Source: the human T2T-CHM13v2.0 reference genome, Homo sapiens. From it: a stretch of 64,000 bases of DNA. Position numbers and translations under genes: made by a program. Shown here one piece after another: positions 40,001-56,148 of the stretch. The stretch lies in assembly GCF_009914755.1 (NCBI RefSeq), contig NC_060930.1. The stretch is one strand, 5' to 3'. Numbering within the stretch: the stretch's first letter is position 1; each line of letters begins with the position of its first letter. The notes below the pieces were generated by a model. The model made no database searches. It had not been told where the DNA came from and saw only the letters and a program-made list of their open reading frames with translations.

Positions 40001-42839
40001 GTTGCTTCAACTAATATTACTCTAAATATGTAATGCTGGTTTTGGCTCTGTCTCTTTCTCCACTTGCCTTGTTTAGCATCATTTATTGGAGGCATCTACG
40101 TCAAAATATTTTTTTAAGATTTCAAAAAATGGATTTTTCCAATCTAAAATAGTTCTAAATGTCCCCTTTTGATCCAGTACACTTTTAGTCACATAGAGTA
40201 CATCCATGCTGATATGGTATATTCTTCCCAACATACATAGTGTAATAAAAAAACAACAACAACAGTATTGATGGTATACAGGTTTGAGCATCAGAAGACC
40301 TAAGAAAAATCCTGGCTCTATGACTCACTACCTGTGTAATTTTAAGCAACTGAGTCAGTTTCTTTGAGCCTCAGCTTCCTCATTTATCAAATGGGCTCTT
40401 TGTATTTATCTCACAGGGTTTTTGCGAGGCTCAAATGAGATTATGTAGGTAGGGGTGGTTTGCTAATATTATTACTGCTGTTCTCTGACATCCCTACTCA
40501 ACTCTTTCTTAAATTGGAAACACATCTAGATAAGGGCAGAACGATCTGTGACCATGAGAAGGATGCAGGCATGAGAAAGCAATGATGTCTCCTTAGTCAC
40601 CTGGGCTCATGTAATCTCATCTTCCAAGACCCAGCCTAAAAATCATCTCCTTGAGAAGATACCCTTGGATTCCCCAGGTCAAAATGAATTTGTCCTTGTC
40701 CTACACTAGTACCCACCATAAGATTTCTCTCTAGCTATGTATCACAGGCCCCAGAAACCCCCAGATAATTCAATAGTTAGAAGTTTAACACCTTGTATTA
40801 AAATGTACCTTGGGGAGTAGAGGTTATAAGTGATTATAACTCTATTTATTACATCCATTAAATAATAAAGACAGTACCTTATATAAAGAAATATTAATAA
40901 CATTTACATACTCTGCATTAGCAGTAATGTACATTATATGCTTAACATCCATTTGTTGAAAGAAAAATCTTGAGGCTCTTCTTTCTTGGCTGTTTCAATA
41001 AAATAATTAAAAGAAAAAATTTTACTTTTAAATAGATAGTTTGCCCAATAAAAGGAATGTACTTTTCTGCCTGCTTCTCTACCCAAACACTCAAAGCTTT
41101 TCTGATTTTGTATCTTGGAGTTATTGACTCCTGTCGCCCAGCTCTCACTGGTTCCAAACAGCATGGATCATTGAGAAACTTGGCTGCATGGAAGTGGCTT
41201 AACTCCCTGCCTCCTGCACAAGTCATTTAGCCTTTGCTCTGTCCATGATAGTGTCACGCAAATCCCTTGCAGTGAGCCTCTCTGATAAACATCTCTCTTC
41301 TTCTCGTCTTCCTCTGTAAGAAGGCTCCTCATTTGTGTTGCCTCAGTTTCCTTGCTTTCTCCCCTGGGTTCCACTGAAAATGTCTCCATTTCTCCCCTGC
41401 CATTCATAGTGTCTCCCTTGTTTCTTCTCAGCCCCAAGCTCTGTCTTCTTCCCTCCCCTCCCTGCTAATGACCTCAAATGAGATGATTCAATGGATAGAT
41501 ATCAGAACTAGAATTCATAAGGGATATGCTACAACTTCATGTAGAGGAAACTGAAGTTCTGGAGGGGTACCAGGGTACTCATCTCTTTAGTGTCAGTCTC
41601 TCTCATGGACTGTGAGTTGTTGAGGGTGGGGGCTTTAAAAAAATTTTTTTTTAACTCACCATTTTATTTTTAGCATCAAATACAGAGCCTGATACGGAGG
41701 AGGCCCTTGATCCATACTGGCTGAGGGAATGCATGCTGGCCAACAGATCACTTTTGCACCCTGGTCTAGTCAATTTCAGTCATATAAAATGAAATTTCTT
41801 GGATGTCCTCTTCCCAATTATAATTTCAGGTACTAAATTAGGGTGCTTTAAAAAAAGGAGATACAGATGACAAAAAAAGCAAAGGAGCTAAAGAACAGGC
41901 TCTACCAGCTGAAGGTGGTAGGGGTAGGAGGAGAACCAGGCTGGCCAGGGAATCTTTGCAAAGCAGCCCTGGAGGTTAGGAATGGCTTCATGCACTTAGG
42001 GATAAACTTTGGAAATGTGCCACATGCCTCCCCTACAGCTACAGACCCCTGATGCTGTCTCCAGCCTGCTGCCTGCTCCCACGGTGAGAACTGTCTGGGA
42101 TTCTGACCTTCTGGCTGGCTGACTGGCCATGTCCAGTACTTGGGATGCAGCCTATGTATGGGGTTCGAAGCCCAGGACCAATATGCATCTGCACAGACTG
42201 TCCTGCCACATCTCTCTCCAGGCCCTTTCCAAGGTCCAGTCTCACAGATTCTTGTGAAGCCATGAACACAAATGTTCACTCTGAGTTCTGGTTTATCCTC
42301 AGCTTGGGTACTCTTCCAGCCTACCCATTGACAAGACAGGCACAATTACAGCCTTTCCGACCCACATGAATGCACTCTGGGGGTAGGAGAAGACTGTTTT
42401 TATGGGAATGAGGCAACACTATACTACTTTTTCTCTCACACATGAAAAACGGGAAAAAGTTGAAAGAAGCTGAGCTTTCAGGACAAGTTAGAGAAGTCGA
42501 TGTCATTCCATCAGCAGGAGGCAGGCTGTGCGAAGGTGGGGATGTGTGCAGGGGGAAAAGGAGAGATGTGGAGATTCTTGCCACTGGGGACAACCCCAAA
42601 CCAAACATTCAGAGAGAAACCATTTACCTTCACCACTGCAGTTCCTGAAAATGTCCTAGCTAACCATAGCAAAGTTGTGGATATAGTCACAGCAGAATTA
42701 ACACATGCAGTCATATTAGTCTAGGGTCCTAGAGAAAAAATAATCTCCCCACAGATTATATAGTTACCCCAAGATTCTGTTGAAATCCTGGATCTACCTT
42801 TCTGAGGCACGAACTCAATAAAACAATCAACTTGACACT

Positions 42840-44200
<1,361 letters not shown>

Positions 44201-45749
44201 CTAACTGGCGAAATTGACTAGTTTTTACCTCTTCTACAGATAGAGATCCTTAAGCAACTGCAACAAATAGGTGAATTAGAATAGGGCACCAAAGACAGAC
44301 CCAATCTACAGAGATACATAGGGTTTTTGTTTTGTTAACTATAGAACATCCAAAACTAGTTTTTCTGGAGATAATCAAGAAACATTTTCTTTTTTAAAAA
44401 ATCATTTTTAAATGCCTTTTTTTCTCATCAAGAAACCAATACATTTTGTGAAAGAAAAATAAAAACTCAAAATGATTTTTTAGGACTCAGTAGAATTATT
44501 ACCTACAATAGCAAAGCATGTGCCAAAGAATCCAACTTTCAGAACAGCTGGCTCCCAGTTTTCCTATAGAGGAAAATCTTTATAGATCAAATTGTTGAAT
44601 GGCAACAGGAATTCTGATGGGGTGCAGCTGGGTTCTTTTGATAAAAATTGGATATTCCTAACTCCAGGCTAGTCTCAGGATTCCCAGGATTGTCCTCTTT
44701 TTGGCCTTCAGGAAAACTCTTTCATGGCTTGTGCCTGAATTTAAGGCTTTCAGGAATGTAAGCGTTCTCCAGCCATCTGGTGTGCCTATTTTAACACTTT
44801 GATATGTATTTCCAAGTATCATCCAGAAACATTGTTTTAGTTCATATGCCTAGCAAGAGGATAAAACTGTACCTGTATCCTCACCAATGCTGAGTAATTT
44901 AAAAGTAAAATCTTTGTTAGTTTGACATATGAAAAAAAACACGTTTTGTTTTAATTTTTATTTTTAATGACTCCTCCTCCTTCCTTCTTCCTTCCTTCCT
45001 CCTCCTCCTCCTCCTCCAATGGTCTATTTCTTTAGAGAAATGTAAGACCTTTGCCTAAGAGAAGTGGCTAGGACTGTGTCTTTTGTAGCTTCCTGCAAGG
45101 GAAGCGGCAACCACAGCAGACAGGGGCTGGTGGTGTATCACTGGGGTGGGTCATAAACGCTCTGTCTGAAAGACCATCTTCCATATTGGGGCACGCTGGA
45201 GTAGAGAGGCCCCAGCTAACAAGAGCCTGCAGGGTAGATCCATTATTTGGGGTGACTATATCCTGAGCCCCATAAAAGAAAAAGCCAGACTTTGGTTCGG
45301 TCTTATTTGGAGGGCCCATTATCAGATAATAAGTGTAGCTTCATAAAGATACTCTTTTTTCCCTCATTTCTCCCCTTTGCTCCAACACTGGAGGCCATAT
45401 GCTGTGTAAAGGGGAAAAGGGGTGTACAGGCAGGTGGGAAACGGTGAAAAAGCAGCCACGTTGCCTTTTACCTCTGCAGGTTTGAGCTTAAGTTAAGCCT
45501 ACAGTCAGAATGGGAAGAAGCTCTAAATCAGATGAGGACTAAAGTTTTGATTTTAGATAGAATTTGACTTTCAATAGCTCAAAATGACCAGAAAAGTTAA
45601 GGGATCTACCCGAGATTTTATCCAGGCTTGGGGATGCATGGTCTAATAGTATGGGTGTAAAATAGCAGTGGAGGAAAGAAAATAAAGTTGGTTTCTGCTT
45701 ATATCCTATGGAATTCATGTAATAATTTCCTAAAGCCACTGTACCACAG

Positions 45750-46092
45750 AGGCTATGGTTTGAATGTTTATGTCCCCTCCAAAATCCATAGTATTAAGAG
45801 GTGGGGCCTTTAGGAAGTGATTAAGTCACAAGAGCAGAGCCTGAGTGAATGAGATTAAACCCTTATAAAACAGGTTTCCCAACATTTGGCCTCCTCCCTT
45901 CCACTCTCCACCATGTGAGGACACAGCAACAAGGTGCAATCTTGGAAGCAGAAACTGCCCCTCCCCAGACACCTATGCTGGCACCTTGATCTTGGACTCC
46001 CCAGCTTCCAGAACTGTGAGAAATATATTTTGGTTCTTTATAAATTACCCAGTCTCAAGAATCTTGTTATAGCAGTACAAACAGACTAAGAT
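45750..46092 (+). mobile_element. MaLR LTR (MST/MLT1A type)
   Basis: GCTATGGTTTGAATGTT...CAGAACTGTGAGAAAT...CAGACTAAGA. Confidence 0.75.
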
Positions 46093-46482
46093 CAGGTGCA
46101 AAATCAAGATGGTGGCAGGGCCATTCTTCCTCTGAGGTCTCTAGGGAAGGAGCCTTCCTTACCTCTTCCAGCTTCTGGTTGCCACAGGTGTTCCTTGGCT
46201 TGTGGCAACATCACTCCAATCTCTGTCTCCATCTTCACAAGTCTTTCCTCTGTATCTGCATGTCTCTGTATCTTTGCATGGGATTCTCCTTGTGTGTCTG
46301 CATTCAAATTTTCTCTTCATGTAAGAACACCACTCATAACGGAGCAAAGCCCACACTAATGACATCTTAACATGATTAAATCTGCAAAGGTCTTATTTGA
46401 AAATAAGGTCACATTCGCAACTACTAGGGGTTAGAACTTCAATATTGTCTTTTTTGGGAGGTTACACAACTCACCCTACACA
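46093..46482 (-). mobile_element. MLT1C/D LTR fragment
   Basis: TCTTCCAGCTTCTGGTTG...AAATAAGGTCACATTC. Confidence 0.7.
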
Positions 46483-47751
46483 GCCCACCTCAACAGTGAA
46501 CTGGCTCCATGTGTGCTGACCTCCCAGCTAATGTCCATGCGATGCTGCTTTGTGGCCTACTCATGGATAGGGTCATTGTTTCATCTCCTTCCCTCCTGTT
46601 CTTCTCAGGCTGTCCCCTGCCTCACTGTCCTGTTAGAGAGTAGATGGAGCAGAGACCACTCTGAGCAACATTCAGCATCAAGCCGATTTCAGCATTTGAT
46701 GTACCATGGGGCCCGACTAAATGCATTTAGGTTGTGATCCAATGTCTTTTATAAACATCTGCCTAAAACACCCATAGTGAATCAGGTAAATGAGAAGGGA
46801 AATGTCAGCCTGGAAGCAGGATTGAACATAGTTTAAATTTTACAATCGGCACTGCACAATATCATAATGCCATCCAGCAAATCTTATGTTCTTTGTGGAA
46901 AGACATTGTTTAAAAGCAATATTAAAAACATTTTAAAAGTAGCATTCCCAAAATGCAGAACCACATTTCTGAGACAAGAAAAAGAAGACATTGTTTCCCC
47001 CAAGTGAATCCTCTGACATGATTAAGTATGATGGGGGAGATAAATTAAAGATAAAGGGTCATTGAAAGTAGAACCTCAGCACCTCTGTCCTGAGGACTGC
47101 AGAAAACAGCAGCCCTGGAGTGTGTGTGGTGACAGCTGGGGAACGAAACTGAGCTTATTCTTCCCAAGCTGCGAAGGCTGGGGGAGACACAGAGAATAAA
47201 TCATTGAAGGCATGATGTGTGGGCAAAGATTAAAATCAGCAATCATCTGATTTTGTAATTTTATCATTAAGACACATCAAAAACTGTTACTGCTGGAGGC
47301 ATATTGGAGGAGATGAGTACTGAACTCAGATGCTGGAGTGAAAAGGTCATGGAGAAGGAATTACCTTGCTGAACTTAGAGAAAATATTTATTTTCAGACA
47401 AGTATCATATTTTGCAGACTTCCCACAGCCCTCTGCCTCAATTTTCAAATTCAACTGCAGCTTGAAATACTCTTGATTTCTTGGCAGATTGCATTCCTTT
47501 ATCTGTTCATCCACTCATTAATACATCTATCAAGAGAGATTGGATTTAAGTTCATGCTCCATTTCCATGTGACCATAAACAAGTAAAACAGTTTCCTAGT
47601 GCATCAGTTTCCCCATCTGTAAAATGGGGATAATTGTATGGATCTTATAGGGTTTTGTGGGTACTAAATCAGTTAATACCTATTTGTCCCTTAACAAGCA
47701 CTCAATAATGTTTTTAACTAATTTATTGTTAGTTTTTAATCACAGTTTGAT

Positions 47752-48983
47752 TGTAAAGGCAGGCACACATTTAAAATAAAAGCTTAGTTCTCCATTTTGA
47801 AAATAAGGGAAGACACTTCTCCCTACCTCTCCCTTTTTGTTTCAGAATTTTTTTCTGTCTTTTTCAAATGTATGTAAATCTTTATAATGACAAAATAAGC
47901 CTCTTGCCAGTCTCACTGAGAAATGTTTCCTCAAGGACCTGGGAAACGTCTTTTTGAAATGTGAGCATTAAATGAGATAGTGCCCCTGTCTCTCAATTAC
48001 TGTGGAAGGGTAGACATCTAATTCAGTGGGCACCTTGTTCCAATTTGCAAAACTGCTTCCTGTCATAAAGATGAGAGAAGTTTTTTTCTCCTGCAGCTAA
48101 AGCCAATTCAAGTAGTCTTTCCATGGTAGAGGTGGGAAGGAGGGAGCTTTTTTTGTGTCTGCTTTTTCTCAGTTGCCTTCAGTGCAAAATATCCTTATGC
48201 CAGAGTGGCACATTTTGGGGTGGCATATTCTGAACCTCTTCACTGTGCATCACTTTCTGGTTTAATACTTGTTGTGAGAAACAAACTCACCTGTCGAAAC
48301 CCAAAGAATGGACTCAGAGACCCAGAGAACAGCGAAAGTGAGACTTTTAATGATGGTCTTGCAAGATTGGGTGTCTGGCTTGCAGGCAGCATTTCAACAA
48401 GCACAGTTTCAACAAGCAATTTATCCCCTAGTGCGCAGGTCCCTCCCCCGGTTCCTCATAGGCTGAGTACTATGGGGTCACAATCTTCCTGGACGTCACC
48501 TATTGATTGTTAGACAGGGGCTTTAGGTGCCTTTTTTGGCGGGGGGGATTGTCTTGCTGCATTTTGTTGCAGCCCACAATGCATTGCAATTCTAGTTAGC
48601 TCAGGGGCTCTTCAAGTATTTGACTTAATGACCTAAGCAGCTGGGCAGGCTGATAAGAACAGAAAAAGTGAGCTATATCACAGACCGGTTAACTTTTATC
48701 TTAGACTAAACTTCTTTGGTTTGGGTGAGGGCAACTAAGCCTGGGGGAAGGGGGAGAAAGGGGGAGGCTGACAAGCGGGCATCAATTATTCAAGCAGGGG
48801 CCTAATATATCCTGTTTCTTCTGTAGTTTGCTGACCTGAGCCTATTTAAGACACTTTGTCTTGGAAATGGGCCACTGTATACATTATTTCCTTCACTTAT
48901 TCGATAATAAAACCATTTTGTCTCTACTACCTTTGTGGAGAGGTTTTCTGAGCTAGGAGAAGACTCCTTATATTTCCCCAACA
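47752..48983 (+). mobile_element. MER34-family LTR, interrupted by an antisense LTR fragment (~48108-48242) and an LTR6-like element
   Basis: TGTAAAGG...TTTCCCCAACA; host text resumes after the LTR6 TSD. Confidence 0.6.
48273..48895 (-). mobile_element. Solo ERV1 LTR, LTR6-like (HERV-T/S71)
   Basis: Minus strand TGAAGGAAATAATG...TTTCTCACA; TSD-like CTTGT/CTTAT; family name from recall. Confidence 0.65.
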
Positions 48984-51292
48984 CCAACCAATAAAACTTT
49001 ACTAAGCACCTGCCTGTGCCAGGCATAGTCTTCCTTCTCACTGTAGCAGAGCTGGGAGGCACCATGGGACGTCACATCCACTCTTTTCCCCCATCACAAA
49101 AAGGACACAGCTCTGCCTGCTGGGAGAACACAACCCTGTGTCCTGAGGGGCCTCCTTCTCCCTCTCCCTCTCCCTCCCCCACCCCCCCTCCTCTGTCCAC
49201 TTTCTCTTCGTCCCTTTTTGCCCCTTTCACTTAACATAGAAGGTAATTAAATTATTCAACTGGTTTCAAGATTTGTCCTCAGTAATTCTAGTGAATGTTT
49301 ACTAAGTGCTTGCTACATGCCAGCTGTTGTGTTGTGCATTTACCTGCATTATCTTATTTAATCTACACCTAGGACCCTATAGAGTAGATACTATAATTCT
49401 CACCATATTATGGATGCAGAAGCTAATGGAAACGGATTAAGTAATTTCTCATGGTCATAACAGTGATGGAGCTGAGATTCATACTCCGGACCCACAGGCC
49501 CTCAGCCTCTGCTAGGTGGGGCAGATGTGAGTCATGATGGAATACCAGAAGACATGGGAAGCTCCCAGTGGAAGGTGACACTCAGGGAGTGAGCCAAAGG
49601 GAGTTTGGCCCCACTCCCAGTTCCCCAGAGCCCTTCTCCAGACAACCACGATTCAGAGGTTCTCATGTCTTTCCCCAGCTGGAGGGGCAGGGTGTCCTGG
49701 TGTCCCTTCCCAGGTATCCAGGGCCCACCTACAATTCTTGGTTATACTGGGACACTGCAGGGGCCAGGGGGTACATATATACAGGGGCAGACCCCTGGCT
49801 GGGATGTAGCAGAGTCCACTTTTTTGGCTGCTGGCTTAAGGACTGTCCATTGCAGGCCCTGACCAGGGGTACTGGAGCTGTTGACACCAGGGAGAGTATC
49901 ATTGGCTTCCCCAGGGCTCCAGGGCTGTTGAAGGAGGCTGCAGGTGGAGAATTGCTGCCAAGCTGGCTTCTTTGCTCTCCTGCCCAACAGGCCCAAGGCA
50001 AAGGAGGAAAATTTACAGAATACAAAGACCTAAGTTAAAATCTCAGACTATGCTTCAGCCACACAAGCATGTACATACAGCTATGCATCCTTGTCATTTT
50101 AAATAGATAGGAATGTACAAGCAGACCTCATTTTATTGCAGTTTGCCTTATTGCCCTTTACAGATATTGCATTTTTTCACAAATTGAAAGTCTGTGGCAA
50201 CCCTACATCAAGGAAGCCTAGGGTGCCATTTCCCAATAGCGTGTGTTCACTTCATGTCTCTGTGCTACATTTTGATGGTTCTTGCAATATTTCAAGTCTT
50301 TTCATTATTATTATATCTGTCATGGTAATCTGAGATCAGTGATCTTTAATATTACTATTGTCATTGTTTTGGGGTGCCACAAACCACACCCATATAAGAC
50401 AGCAAACTTCATAAACGTTGTGTGTTCCGACTGCTCCATTGACTGGCTGCTCTCTCATCTCTCTGCTTCTCCTCAGGCCTTCCTACTCCCTGGGACACAA
50501 CAATATTAAAATTAGGCCACCTAATAACCCTATGGTGGCCTCTAAGTGTCTAAGTTAGAGTCTCACATCTGTTGCTTTAATTAAAAAGCTAGAAATGGTT
50601 AAATTTTGTGAGGAAGTCATGTTGAGAGCCAAAGTAGGCTGAAACCTAGGCCTCTTCTGCCACTTAGCCAGGCTGTGAATGTCAAGAAAATGTTCTTTCA
50701 TGAAGGAAATGGAAAATGCTACTCCAGTAAACACAAGAATGATAAGAAGGTGAAACAGTCTTATTGCTGATATGGAGAGAGTTTGAATGGTCTGGCTGGA
50801 AGAACTAACCAACCACAACACTCCTTTAAAGCCAAAGCCTAATCCAGAGCAAGGCCCTAACTCTCTTCAATTCTGTGAAGGCTGAGACGTGAGGAAGCTG
50901 CAGAAGAAAAGTTTGAAACTAGTACAGGTAGGTTCATGAGGTTTAAGGAAAGAAGCTGTCTCCTTAACATCAAAGTGCAAGGTGAAGCAGCAAGTGCTGA
51001 TGGAGAAGCTACAGCAAGTTATCCAGAAGACTCAGCTAAGGTCACTGATGAAGGTGGCTACACTAAACAACAGATTTTCAGTGTCAGTGAAACACTATTA
51101 TATTGGAAGAAGATGCCATCCAGGACTTTCATAGCTAGAGAGGCAAAGTCAATGCCTGGCATTTAGGCTTCAAAGTTTCAAGGACAGGCTGGTTCTCTTG
51201 TTAGGGGCTAATGCAGCTGGTAATTTTAAGTTGAAGCCAATGTTTATATACCATTCTGAAAATTCTAGGGCCCTTAAGAATTGTGCTAAATT

Positions 51293-51597
51293 GACCACGC
51301 ACGGTGGCTCGTGCCTATAATCCCAACACTTTGGGAGACCAAGGTAATAGAAACTCTTGAGGCTAGGAGTTTGAGATCAGCCTCAGCAACATAGTGAGAC
51401 CACATCTCTACCAAAAACTTAAAACTTAGCTGGGCATGGTGGTATGTGCCGGTAGTCCTAATTACTGGAGAGGCTGAAGCGAGAGAATCACTTGAGCCTA
51501 GGAGTTAGTTCGAGGATATAGTGAGCTATGATCATGCCACTGCACTCCAGCCTGTGTGACAGAGTGAGACATCTTCCCTTAAAAATAAAAAGAAGAC
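51293..51597 (+). mobile_element. AluJ inside Tigger1
   Basis: Diverged dimer; no TSD visible. Confidence 0.88.
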
Positions 51598-52283
51598 AAT
51601 GATGAATGTTGTTTTCATGCCTGCTAACACAGCATCCATTTTGCAGCCTGTGGATCAGGGAATAATTTCTACTTTTAAGACTTACCGTCTAAGATATATA
51701 TTTTATAGGGCTATAGCTGCCATAGACAGTGATTTCTCGGATATATCTGGACAAAGTAAATTAAATATCTTCTGGAAAGCATTCATCATTCTAGATACCA
51801 TTAAGAACATTCATGATTCATGGGAGGAAATCAGCATATCAACATAACTGAAGTTTGGAAAAAAGTTGATTCCAACCCTCATGGATGATTTTGAGGGCTT
51901 TAAGCCTTCACTGGAGGAAGTCACTGCAGATATGGTAGAAATAGCAAGGGCTAGATTCAAAGTGGAGCCTGAAGATGTAACTGAATTGCTGCAATCTCGT
52001 GATCAAACTTGAACAGATGAGGAGTTGCTTCTCATGGATAAGCAAAGAGAGTGTTCTTGAGATGGCCTCTACTCCTGGTAAAGATGCTGTGAACATTGTT
52101 GATATGACAACAAAAGATTTAGAATATTCCATAAACTTGGTAAAGCAGCAGCAGGATTTGAAAGGTCTGACTCCAATTTTGAAAGAAGTTCTACTGTGGG
52201 TAAAATGTTATCAAACAGCATCCCATGCTACAGAGAAATCTTTCATGAAAGGAGAGTCAATTGATGCAGCAAACCTTATTGTC

Positions 52284-52466
52284 TTCTTCTTCTTCTTCTT
52301 CTTCTTCTTCTTCTTCTTCCTCTTCCTCTTCCTCTTCCTCTTCCTCTTCCTCTTCCTCTTCCTCTTCTTCTTCTTCTTCTTCTTCTTCTTCTTCTTCTTC
52401 TTCTTCTTCTTCTTCTTCTTCTTCTTCTTCTTCTTCTTCTTCTTCTTCTTCTTCTTCTTCTTCTTC
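52284..52466. repeat. (TTC)12(CTCTTC)8(TTC)33 microsatellite (GAA-type on the minus strand)
   Basis: Counted directly. Confidence 0.97.
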
Positions 52467-52660
52467 TGTCTCACTCTGTCACCCAGGCTGGAGGGTAGTG
52501 GTGCGATCACAACTCACTACAACCTTGACCTCCTGGGCTCAAGCCATCCTCCCACCTCAACCTCCTGAGTAGCTGGGACTACAGGCACACACCACCATGC
52601 CAGACTAATTTTTTTTTTTTTTTTTTTGTAGAAACAGAGCTTCTCCACATTGCCCAGGCT
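52467..52660 (-). mobile_element. 5'-truncated AluJ whose tail position holds the GAA repeat
   Basis: Right arm plus part of left arm; TSD CTTATTGT (52275-52282 / 52659-52666) encloses repeat and Alu. Confidence 0.85.
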
Positions 52661-52740
52661 TATTGTTGTTTTATTTTAAGAAATTGCCACTATCACCCTA
52701 ACCTTCAGCAGCCACCACCTTGATCCATCAGCAGCCATGA

Positions 52741-53146
<406 letters not shown>

Positions 53147-54436
53147 TATGAGACTCATATTATTGCGATATTTGCTTTATCGTCGTGATCTGGAACGGAA
53201 CCCACAATGTCTCTGAGGTGTGCTTGTACTGGGTATCCTGTCTCCTGCCACCATCCCCAACCCTCTTTTTTTCTTTTTTCTTTTCTGAAGATAGCTTAGT
53301 GCTATTTCCATATTGGTACTGTAGCTCTGCCTCATTTTTAATCATGGCTTACTTATTGAATGCTTATTATCCTGCTCCTGACAAAATGATGAGGTAGGCA
53401 CATTCTTATCTGTATTTTATAGATGAGGAAACCAAGCTGCCATTTGTTGAAGTCACAAAGCCTGAGCTTACTAGCTCAGGATGTTAACTCCAGCATGCGG
53501 TGATATAGGAGATAATGTATGTGGAAACTCAGAGCTGCGGCTGATGCGAGGTGCTTCTCAGTAGATGCTTCTCTCCCTGGAGAAACATTCACTGCTGGAC
53601 TCTGGACAGAAATAGAATGGGATACTGGGCACCATTCCTCAGCCTTCAGCTACGGTAATGTTGGACATGGCTGGGTCTCTCTGGCTTAGGTGGCAGTCTT
53701 CGGAGGTCACGGAGCAGCCTTTCCAATCACCCCTCTGACCCTATTCTTGCTAGGTCAGCAGAGCAGATCAGGCCCTCCCAGCCTTCCCCTCTAATGCCCT
53801 CCTCAGAAATGGCTCTCTAGGAACTAACAGTTTCCCAAAGCTTGACGCATCTGCCTGGTGGAAAGGTTCTCCTGCTTCTCCTCCTTCTGATGAGATAAGG
53901 AAGCCCTCAGCTCGAGCAGGGGCAAATTAGAGTGTCTGTCTGGGGGTATCTACTGCCAACACACCCCTCCTCGGTGCCACCCACCCCTGCCTTGGTGGGG
54001 CAGTGAGGGGTTCATGCAGTAGCTGAGGCTGGACCCTTGAGGGAAATTGGGCTCTTGTTTTCTTCCTTCCACACAGATTTGCTTTCATCTATTTGGTTTT
54101 ACTCTGGGGATGGAATGAAATGTGGGTGGAGGCTGTTGGTGCCCTCGGTGGTCTGACTGCCCCCTCTCCTTCCACCACTCCCTTCATCTGGCTGAAGTCC
54201 AGCTGCCTCAGGTAAGGGATCAAAGCTGTTTTGTGCAAGAAAAAGGCAAAAGCTGCTAAGAGCTTCGTGACGAGAGGGTATTTGGTCTCACGCCCTTTCA
54301 TTCGGAGTGACAGAGGCAGGTTGTTCATATGGACGAGGGTGCTGATCCATGCCAGGGACCTGAGCCAGGAAATTCAGGGCTCTGGAGTATTTCTGATAGG
54401 GCCCTGAAGAATTCCCACAAGAAGAGTTAACATTTT

Positions 54437-54734
54437 ATTTATTTATTTATTATTTATTTTGAGACAGTGTCTCACTCTGTTGTCCAGGCTGGAGTGCAGT
54501 GGCACAATTATGGCCCTGTCAAACTCTCAGGCTCAATTGATCCTCCCACCTCAGCCTCCTGAGTACCTGAGACTACAGGTGTGGGCCACCACACCTGGCT
54601 AATTAAAAAATTTTTTTTGTAAAGACAGGGTCCCATGTTGGCCAGGCTGATCTTGTACTCCTGGACTCAAGCGATCTGCCCGCCTCAGCTTCCCAGAGTG
54701 CTGGGATTACAGGCGTAAGCCATGGTGCCCAGCC
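54437..54734 (-). mobile_element. AluJ element
   Basis: (TTTA)n tail; TSD AGTTAACATTTT. Confidence 0.9.
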
Positions 54735-55134
54735 AAAGTTAACATTTTGGATGTAACAAAGACTCAAACATTCACTAGGTAAAAATGGACCATCCTTTCT
54801 TTAGAATGGAATAATTTTCAGAAGCCCTGCTCAATTTCTAGGAAAACCCTATGGTGAGGACACCCATGATAGTGTTTGAGTAATGACCATGGCAGGTTGG
54901 CCCCAGGCCAGTCACTCACTCAACCAGGCCTCCAAGTCAGAGAAGCACAAAGCCAGGGGACATAATGGCAGCAAACAGATTTGAAATCTAAACTTTTGAA
55001 GAGCTCAGCCTGAGGGTACTCCTTTGTCTTGTAATTCTTTGTGAAAACTAGTTCTTATAGAAGAACTAGTGGGTTTTTTTGTTTAATTGGGAAATAAATT
55101 GAATTGAACTCTGCTGCAAATCCTTTACCCTGAG

Positions 55135-55497
55135 AATAACAAAGTACACAGATTGGGTGGCTTAAAACTATGAAACTGATTTTCTCATGGTTCTGGAGGC
55201 AGAAGTCCAAGATCAAGGTGTCAAGAGGCTTGGTTTCTCCTGAGGCCTCTCTTTTTGGCTTGCTCATGGCTATACCACTCTGTGTCCCCATGAGGTCTTT
55301 CTTCTGTGCACACATACTGTCTGTGTCTAAATTTCCCCTTCTTATAAAGGTATCCATTGGATTGAATTAGGAACCACCCAAAATGCCTCACTTAACCCTA
55401 ATTACCTCCTTAAAGACTCTACCTCCAAACATGACGGTTAGGACTTCAACATATTTTTTTGAGGACATGGGAAGAAACACAATCCAGCCCATAATAT
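55135..55497 (-). mobile_element. MLT1A-type MaLR LTR
   Basis: GGTTCTGGAGGCAGAAGTCCAAGATCAAGGTGTC...GGACTTCAACAT. Confidence 0.72.
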
Positions 55498-55775
55498 CCA
55501 TTAATCTTTATGTATAAAGACACATTTTCCCCAAAATGAGGATTAGAATGTAATTATAATTTGGTAACCTGTTTTCTAAAAAAATTTAAATGTGCTTTTC
55601 TATGCTTATTTTCTATGCTAATGTCTATGCTAGTTTCTGATTCAAGATTGGTGGCCTAAGTAGATGCATTTGCCTCCCATCCCCTCCTAAGACTGAATTG
55701 ATAATAAGCGCTCACACTTACTGGTGCTTACTATGTGCCAGGCACTGTTCTGACTACTTCGGCTGTATTAAATTA

Positions 55776-56148
55776 CAGTCATGTGTTGCTTAATGATGGG
55801 GCTAGGCTCTGAGAAGTGGGTGGGTAGGCGATTTTGTCCTTGTGCAGATGGAGTGAACTTACACAAACCTAGATGGTGTAGCCTACCATACACCCAGGCT
55901 ATAATGGTACAGCCTATGGCTCCCAGGCTACAAATCTCTATAGCAAGTTACTGTATGAATGCTGTAGGCAGTTGTAACACAATGGTAACTCTGTGTGTAT
56001 CTAAACATAGAAAAGGTATGACTTCACTAGCAATAGGAATTTTTCAGCTCCACTATAATCTTATAGGATCACCATTATATATGGTCAACAACGGACATTA
56101 TATATGTCCATTGTTGACCATAAAAAGTCATTATATGGAGCATGACTG
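55776..56148 (+). mobile_element. Tigger3a MITE within a MIR
   Basis: TA-flanked TIRs CAGTCATG...CATGACTG. Confidence 0.85.

Noticed and set aside
50936-51847. Tigger1 transposase as a TIGD-like domesticated gene
   Set aside because: Broken by stops, an Alu and an apparent deletion; catalytic motifs degraded
51999-52572. Poly-Phe, poly-Ser and poly-Lys ORFs
   Set aside because: Artefacts of the stop-free (TTC)n microsatellite
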